Part shown: positions 59,078 to 64,000 of the stretch, one piece after another
Layout of the letters: each line of letters opens with the position of its first letter
How positions within the stretch are numbered: position 1 is the stretch's first letter
Assembly: GCA_963750165.1 (NCBI GenBank)
Contig: CAVVPN010000004.1
Span: 480,001 to 544,000 of the forward strand
Direction: 5' to 3'
Length of the DNA stretch: 64,000 nt
Source: an uncultured Gemmataceae bacterium
GTDB taxonomy: Bacteria; Planctomycetota; Planctomycetia; Gemmatales; Gemmataceae
Translations under genes and position numbers: made by a program
Notes under the pieces: model-generated
What the model was told of the DNA's origin: nothing
The model's database searches: none
What the model saw: the letters and a program-made list of their open reading frames with translations, nothing else

Positions 59078-60688
59078 ATGGACATGGATAAACTGGTGTC
59101 GCTGTGCAAGCGGCGCGGCTACCTGTTTCAATCGAGCGAGATCTACGGCGGCCTGAACGGCTTCTGGGACTACGGGCCGCTCGGCGTCGAACTGAAGCGC
59201 AACGTCAAGGAGGCGTGGTGGCGCGACATGGTCACCGGCCACGACGACCTGGCGACGCTGCCGGGGGCGCCGTCGCCGTACGAGATGGTCGGCCTCGATT
59301 GCAGCATCATCATGCACCCGCAGGTGTGGAAGTGCTCGGGTCACTACGACCTGTTCCACGACTTCATGGTCGATTGCCGCGAGTCCAAGAAGCGCTACCG
59401 CCACGATCAGGTCAACGGCCGCTGGGTCGAGGCCAAGGGCCAGCGCATCTTCGTCGCGGTCACCAGCGACGGCGCCGAGGGCGAGAAGGAGGCGGAACAG
59501 AAGGCGCTCAAGTTCTTCAACCTCCGGGCCAAGAACATGGACGAGCTGAAGTGGGACGGGCCGCTGGTGGAACTGACGACGGTGCCGGAGTTCTCGAAGG
59601 TGCTGGGGCCGGACGCGAAGGAACTCGGCACGCTGACGCCGCCGCGCGAGTTCAACCTGATGTTCAAGACGTACGTCGGGGCGCTGAGCGGCGAGGAAGG
59701 GGTGGCGTTCCTGCGGCCGGAGACCGCGCAGGGCATCTTCGTGAACTTCAAGAACGTCCTCGACAGCACGCGCGTCAAGATTCCGTTCGGCGTCGCCCAG
59801 ATGGGCAAGAGTTTCCGCAACGAAATCACGCCGAAACAGTTCACGTTCCGCTCGCGTGAATTCGAGCAAATGGAGATTGAGTTCTTCTGCCATCCCAACA
59901 CGTCGGCGCAGTGGTACACTTACTGGCGCAACCGGCGTTTCCAGTGGTACGTCGGCCTGGGGTTGGCGGGCGAGCGGCTGCGGCTGCGCGAACATGAGAA
60001 GGAGGAGTTGAGCCATTATTCGCGCGGCACCGCGGACATTGAATATGCGTTCCCGTTCCTGCCGCCGGGCAAGTTCGGCGAGTTGGAGGGCGTGGCTCAT
60101 CGTGGCGATTTCGATTTGCGCAGTCACATGGAAGGGAAGTTGGACCCGCACAGCAACCCGCTGGTCCTGGAACTGGGGCCGGACGGCAAGCCGCGGCACA
60201 AGGGCAGCGGTAAGGACATGAGCTACTTCGACGACCAGACGCGCGAGAAGTACATCCCGCACGTGATTGAGCCGTCCGCCGGCGCTGACCGCGCCACGCT
60301 GGCGTTTCTGTGCGAGGCGTACCACGAGGACCAGGTGCCGGACGAGAACGGCAAGCCGACCGAGCGCGTCGTGCTGAAACTGCACCCGCGACTGGCGCCG
60401 ATCAAGGCGGCAATCTTCCCGTTGGTGAAGAAGGACGGCATGCCGGAACTCGCCCAGGGGCTGTACCGCGAGTTGAAGAGTGAGTTCAACGTCTTCTACG
60501 ACGAGGGCGGCGCGGTCGGCCGTCGCTACCGCCGTCAGGACGAGGCGGGCACGCCGTACTGCGTCACCATCGACGGCCAGACGTTGCAGGATAAAACTGT
60601 CACGCTGCGCGACCGCGACACGCTGCAGCAGATTCGCTTGCCGCTCAGCAAGGTGGCGGAGGAGATTCGCGGGCGGTTAAGAGGGTAG
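59078..60688 (+). CDS. glyQS: Glycine--tRNA ligase (alpha2 type)
   Basis: IYGG..G.WDYGPLG, LRPETAQG, FRNEITP, HVIEPS, GRRYRRQDEAGTP. Confidence 0.97.
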   Translation: MDMDKLVSLCKRRGYLFQSSEIYGGLNGFWDYGPLGVELKRNVKEAWWRDMVTGHDDLATLPGAPSPYEMVGLDCSIIMHPQVWKCSGHYDLFHDFMVDCRESKKRYRHDQVNGRWVEAKGQRIFVAVTSDGAEGEKEAEQKALKFFNLRAKNMDELKWDGPLVELTTVPEFSKVLGPDAKELGTLTPPREFNLMFKTYVGALSGEEGVAFLRPETAQGIFVNFKNVLDSTRVKIPFGVAQMGKSFRNEITPKQFTFRSREFEQMEIEFFCHPNTSAQWYTYWRNRRFQWYVGLGLAGERLRLREHEKEELSHYSRGTADIEYAFPFLPPGKFGELEGVAHRGDFDLRSHMEGKLDPHSNPLVLELGPDGKPRHKGSGKDMSYFDDQTREKYIPHVIEPSAGADRATLAFLCEAYHEDQVPDENGKPTERVVLKLHPRLAPIKAAIFPLVKKDGMPELAQGLYRELKSEFNVFYDEGGAVGRRYRRQDEAGTPYCVTIDGQTLQDKTVTLRDRDTLQQIRLPLSKVAEEIRGRLRG

Positions 60689-60822
60689 GTGACCTGATGC
60701 CGAACTCAGGATGTGTCAGGAGGACGGGGTTTCCAAAGTGACGGCCATGCGGTTTGCAAGCAACCGCCCCATCCCCGACCGGATGCAAGTCCGGTTGACG
60801 AATAACGGCGCGCGCTGAGCCG

Positions 60823-61071
60823 TCAACGGTCCAAAAAGCCCCATTCGCCGTCGCCGATGACGCGGTAGCCGTTGCGGCCGCCCGCTCCCGGCCCCAGCAA
60901 CAGCGAGCCGTTATTGAGTAGCAGTCCGTTGCCGCCGGCCTGGGATTGCGGCGGAATCGGGGCCGCCGGCAGTGGGCCGTCCCCCGTGCGCTGCGGCGAC
61001 CGGCACCCGACCGCCACGCCCCCCAGCAGCAGCAGTCCGCACACGGCCAGCAGACGGCACAGTCTGTTCAT
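60823..61071 (-). CDS. Small putative lipoprotein
   Basis: Signal peptide with lipobox-like VAVGC. Confidence 0.55.
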   Translation of the reverse strand: MNRLCRLLAVCGLLLLGGVAVGCRSPQRTGDGPLPAAPIPPQSQAGGNGLLLNNGSLLLGPGAGGRNGYRVIGDGEWGFLDR

Positions 61072-61273
61072 GCCACTTCCCCAGCTTCCGTCGAGTCGCG
61101 CGGACGGCGCGGCCCCTGCAACCCCATTCGGCCACGGGGCGGCTGCGCCATCAGCAAAACTTGCCGCCGGGCTGGATCGACCCACGCACGGGCGGCGTCG
61201 TTGTGGCTCTCGGTAGAACCCGGCGGGTATCGGCCTGCCGCATCCGGTCATTTCTGATAAAAGTGCGCGCTTA

Positions 61274-61302
61274 TTGACTTCCCAGGTTCGACCGGTTACG
61301 CT
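61274..61302 (+). promoter_or_regulatory. Sigma70-like promoter upstream of the cassette-like region
   Basis: TTGACT-N17-TACGCT. Confidence 0.5.
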
Positions 61303-61614
61303 CGGTGGGCGCTGTGCTCTGCCAGCGCCCACCAAGCGTTAAACCTGAAACGGCAACCTTGTTAGGGCGCGCGGTGCGCTCTAATCACCCTGGTTCGGCC
61401 GCGCAGAGATGGGGCCATGCGGATTGAGGTTGATCGCGGCCATCTCGGAGTCATCTGGTGCGACCGCTGCGGCAGAGCGGTCAACCTGAATGATCGAAGA
61501 TGTACTTCTCGCGCGTCTGGTCGTCACGGGCCAACTGAGGTTGCAGCTGAGTATTGAGCCGAGCGGCCCGCACGTGAACTGGGTTGTTCGGCGGCGCGAG
61601 GAAAAGGGGTTCGC

Positions 61615-61994
61615 ATGGAACAGGTACTTGGAATCGGCGGTGTCTTCTTCAAAGCGCGCGATCCCAAGGCGCTCGCCGCCTGGTATCGCGAACACCTGGG
61701 CGTGCCCGTCGAACCGGAGCAGACCTACGGGGCTTTCACGTCTGCCGCGGCTGGAGAGCAGGCGGTTTGGTCGGCGTTCCCTGCGGACACCTCCTACTTC
61801 GGTTCGGGCCCGGCACCGTTCATGGTCAACTATCGCGTCCGGAACCTCGACGCCATGTTGGCCCAACTCCGAGCGGCCGGGCGCAGGTAGACGACCGCGT
61901 CGAGGACTACGACTTTGGCCGGTTCGGCTGGGCGACCGACCCGGAAGGCAATCGATTCGAGCTATGGGAGCCGCGCTCACCCGGACACGGGTAA
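61615..61994 (+). CDS. VOC/glyoxalase family protein, frameshift near 61880
   Basis: GIGGVFFKARDP..L..WY, MVNYRV.NLD, GRFGWATDPEGNRFELWEP. Confidence 0.85.
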
Positions 61995-62003
61995 ACGCAC
62001 CGC

Positions 62004-62102
62004 GCTGAACCTACGGCTGAAGCGGACCGGGGCCGCCATCCTGGGTTTTCGTGCTTCAACGTTCTTGCAGGCGGCCCCGGCAGCTTGGCCCTGGCGTTCG
62101 AC
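62004..62102 (+). other. Integron attC-like recombination site
   Basis: GCTGAAC ... GTTCGAC termini; inner stem CCGGGGCCGCC / GGCGGCCCCGG; directly after the VOC stop codon. Confidence 0.65.
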
Positions 62103-62200
62103 CAGGCAGAGAAATGGTTGAACGACTCACGTTGGCGTCGGGCTTCGCAGGCGGTTATGCTATCTCATGTGAATCCACAACCCTACAAGGAGTGTCCGAG

Positions 62201-62644
62201 ATGGCCAAACTGCTGCTCGTCGGGATCGGACTCGTTGCCACGGTTGGGTTCGTTCCAGCCCAGGATAGAAAGGTGGACGACCGTGTGAAGGTCGAGGTGC
62301 TCCTGGCGACCGAGCATGTGCCCCAGGGCCTGAAGGCGGGAACCCGTGTGCATCTGAAGATGGTTACGGGCAAGACCGTCGGGCCCAAGCGCCTGACCCT
62401 CTACAGAACCCTGTTGGTTGCCGGGGACATTGAGGTTGCGTCGGTCGCACTCGTGGAGAAGCCGGCGACCCCGGAAGCGGCGGTGCGGGTGCAACTGTTG
62501 GTGCCCAAAGCCATGGCCGGGAAGGTCGAGCAGACCCGCGACCACATGGTGACAGTCGTCGAGCGGCAGGGGGACGGGAGCGTGCTGCGCAAGAGGAAAC
62601 TGGTCACCCTCCGCCTGGAGATGCCAAAGCCCGACAAGAAGTAG
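62201..62644 (+). CDS. Exported hypothetical protein (possible gene cassette)
   Basis: AAGGAG RBS, signal peptide. Confidence 0.7.
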   Translation: MAKLLLVGIGLVATVGFVPAQDRKVDDRVKVEVLLATEHVPQGLKAGTRVHLKMVTGKTVGPKRLTLYRTLLVAGDIEVASVALVEKPATPEAAVRVQLLVPKAMAGKVEQTRDHMVTVVERQGDGSVLRKRKLVTLRLEMPKPDKK

Positions 62645-62774
62645 CCGGCCCGAAAAAAGGGACATTCGGAATAATAACTCGAACCAGCCGCCTGTCTTGG
62701 CCGCCGCCCCGCTGCTCAGCTTCCCCGTTCGGCCACGGGGCGGCCGCGCTATCAGCAAAAACGGTATGACCCGC

Positions 62775-63719
62775 TCAGCGCCAGGGGAAACGCCCGGCCA
62801 CCAGCACCAGCGCCGCCAACCCCGCCGCCAGCCAGCCGGTCAGCGCCACCATCTGCCACGCCTCCCGCGCCACCGCGGGCGTCAGCGGCCGCAGTGGGTC
62901 GCCCAACGAATACACGCCGCGCTTCTCCAGCCGAACGCCGAGCAGTCCCGCCAGCACCGCCATCGGCCGACCGCCGTTGGGACTCGGCGTCCGCGCCGCG
63001 TCGCGGCGCAGGATGCGCCAGCCCTCCGCGACCCGGACGCCGTGCAGCCACCCAGCCAGCAGCAGCAGGGCGGCCGTCAGCCGGGCGGGGATGAAGTTGG
63101 CCAGGTCGTCCAGACGGGCCGCCGCCTTGCCCAGCGCCTCGAACCGGCCGCGGTAGCCGATCATCGCGTCCAGGGTGTTGATCGCCCGGTAGGCGACGGC
63201 GCCGGGCACGCCGAACAGCAGGTAATAGAAGAGCGGAGCGACGAAACTGTCCGAGGCGTTCTCGGCCACGGACTGCACCGCGGCCGCCAGCAACGCCTCG
63301 CCATCGAGTTGGCTGGGATCGCGGCTGCACAGGGATCGGAGGCCGGCGCGGGCCGCGGGCAGGTCGTCCGCCGCGACGGCAGCGCGAACGCGCTCCGCGG
63401 CGGCCCCCAGCTCGCGCAGGGCGAACGACGCCTTCAGGAAATACACGCTCACCAGGAAGGTGAGCAGCGGCACCACGACGGTCAGGCGGAGCAGCCACCA
63501 GGTTGCCGCGGCGCTGAACGCCACCACGCCCGCCGTCAGCGCCGCCCCGAAGAGGAATTGCCGCCACCAGCCGGCGGTCGGCGCCAGCCGCAGCAGCGCG
63601 GACACCAGCCTGCCGAGCCACACGACCGGGTGCAGCGGCGCCGGGTACTCGGCGAGAGTTTGATCCAGGAACAGCGCCACGGCCAGGACGCCGGCGGGCG
63701 TGAACAGGACCTGCTCCAT
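62775..63719 (-). CDS. cbiB: Adenosylcobinamide-phosphate synthase CbiB/CobD
   Basis: HPVVWLG, SVAENASD, YRAINTLDAMIGY, ARLDD..NFIPARL, SPNGG. Confidence 0.95.
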   Translation of the reverse strand: MEQVLFTPAGVLAVALFLDQTLAEYPAPLHPVVWLGRLVSALLRLAPTAGWWRQFLFGAALTAGVVAFSAAATWWLLRLTVVVPLLTFLVSVYFLKASFALRELGAAAERVRAAVAADDLPAARAGLRSLCSRDPSQLDGEALLAAAVQSVAENASDSFVAPLFYYLLFGVPGAVAYRAINTLDAMIGYRGRFEALGKAAARLDDLANFIPARLTAALLLLAGWLHGVRVAEGWRILRRDAARTPSPNGGRPMAVLAGLLGVRLEKRGVYSLGDPLRPLTPAVAREAWQMVALTGWLAAGLAALVLVAGRFPWR

Positions 63720-64000
63720 CACGCCCCCGCGTCGGTCACACCGGCGGCCGCGAACGTCGCCATCTCGCGCAGGACGCGCAGCGCCGCCTGCGCCAGGTGC
63801 AGCGCCAGCACGGCCCCCGTCCCCTCGCCGAGCCGCAGGTCCAGTTCCAGCAGCGGCCGCAGTCCGAGGTGCCCGAGGGCCGCGACGTGGCCGGGTTCCA
63901 CCGAACGGTGGCCGGCGATCAGGTAATCCTTGACCGTTGGACACAGCCCCGCCGCCACCAGCGCCGCCGCTCCCGTGATGAAGCCGTCCAGCACAACCGG
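63719..64000 (-). CDS. cobT: Nicotinate-nucleotide--dimethylbenzimidazole phosphoribosyltransferase, 5'-partial
   Basis: [31 protein letters not shown]. Confidence 0.93.
   Translation of the reverse strand, partial: PVVLDGFITGAAALVAAGLCPTVKDYLIAGHRSVEPGHVAALGHLGLRPLLELDLRLGEGTGAVLALHLAQAALRVLREMATFAAAGVTDAGA

Overview
High-GC bacterial chromosomal segment. Gene content points to Planctomycetota, probably Gemmataceae: TIGR02996-LRR, exosortase U, DUF1080, PQQ-like beta-propeller, LEPR-XLL-type N-terminus, ECF sigma factor with a transmembrane extension, PilZ-fused Ser/Thr kinase and alpha2-type GlyRS. The housekeeping backbone is dapA-like, ftsH, htrA-like, dksA-like, surE, uvrC, ffs-dnaX-ybaB-recR, rpoN, arfB, comB, glyQS, cbiB and cobT. 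It is interspersed with at least 8 families of REP-like palindromes, a 4x112-bp REP tandem array, a TIR-flanked RAYT-like Y1 transposase pseudogene, a 1507-bp Mutator-like IS with an 8-bp target duplication, a vapD pair, integron-like attC cassettes, and a plasmid-type repA with iteron-like repeats. Top candidate for an undescribed system: a 15-aa leader peptide (MFGNQNQPLMNPERW) with rare AAT-CAA-AAT-CAA codons and a terminator/antiterminator switch, directly upstream of a tRNA-Asn(GUU) + tRNA-Gln(UUG) pair. This suggests a codon-matched translational attenuator controlling tRNA genes. Also notable: two tandem putative ECF-driven sRNAs with a shared 3' module, a REP doublet carried in-frame inside a GT9 gene, and an A9 slippery site in dnaX. 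Several single-base frameshifts in conserved genes suggest long-read indel errors. All family calls are from motif recognition by eye, with no database search.
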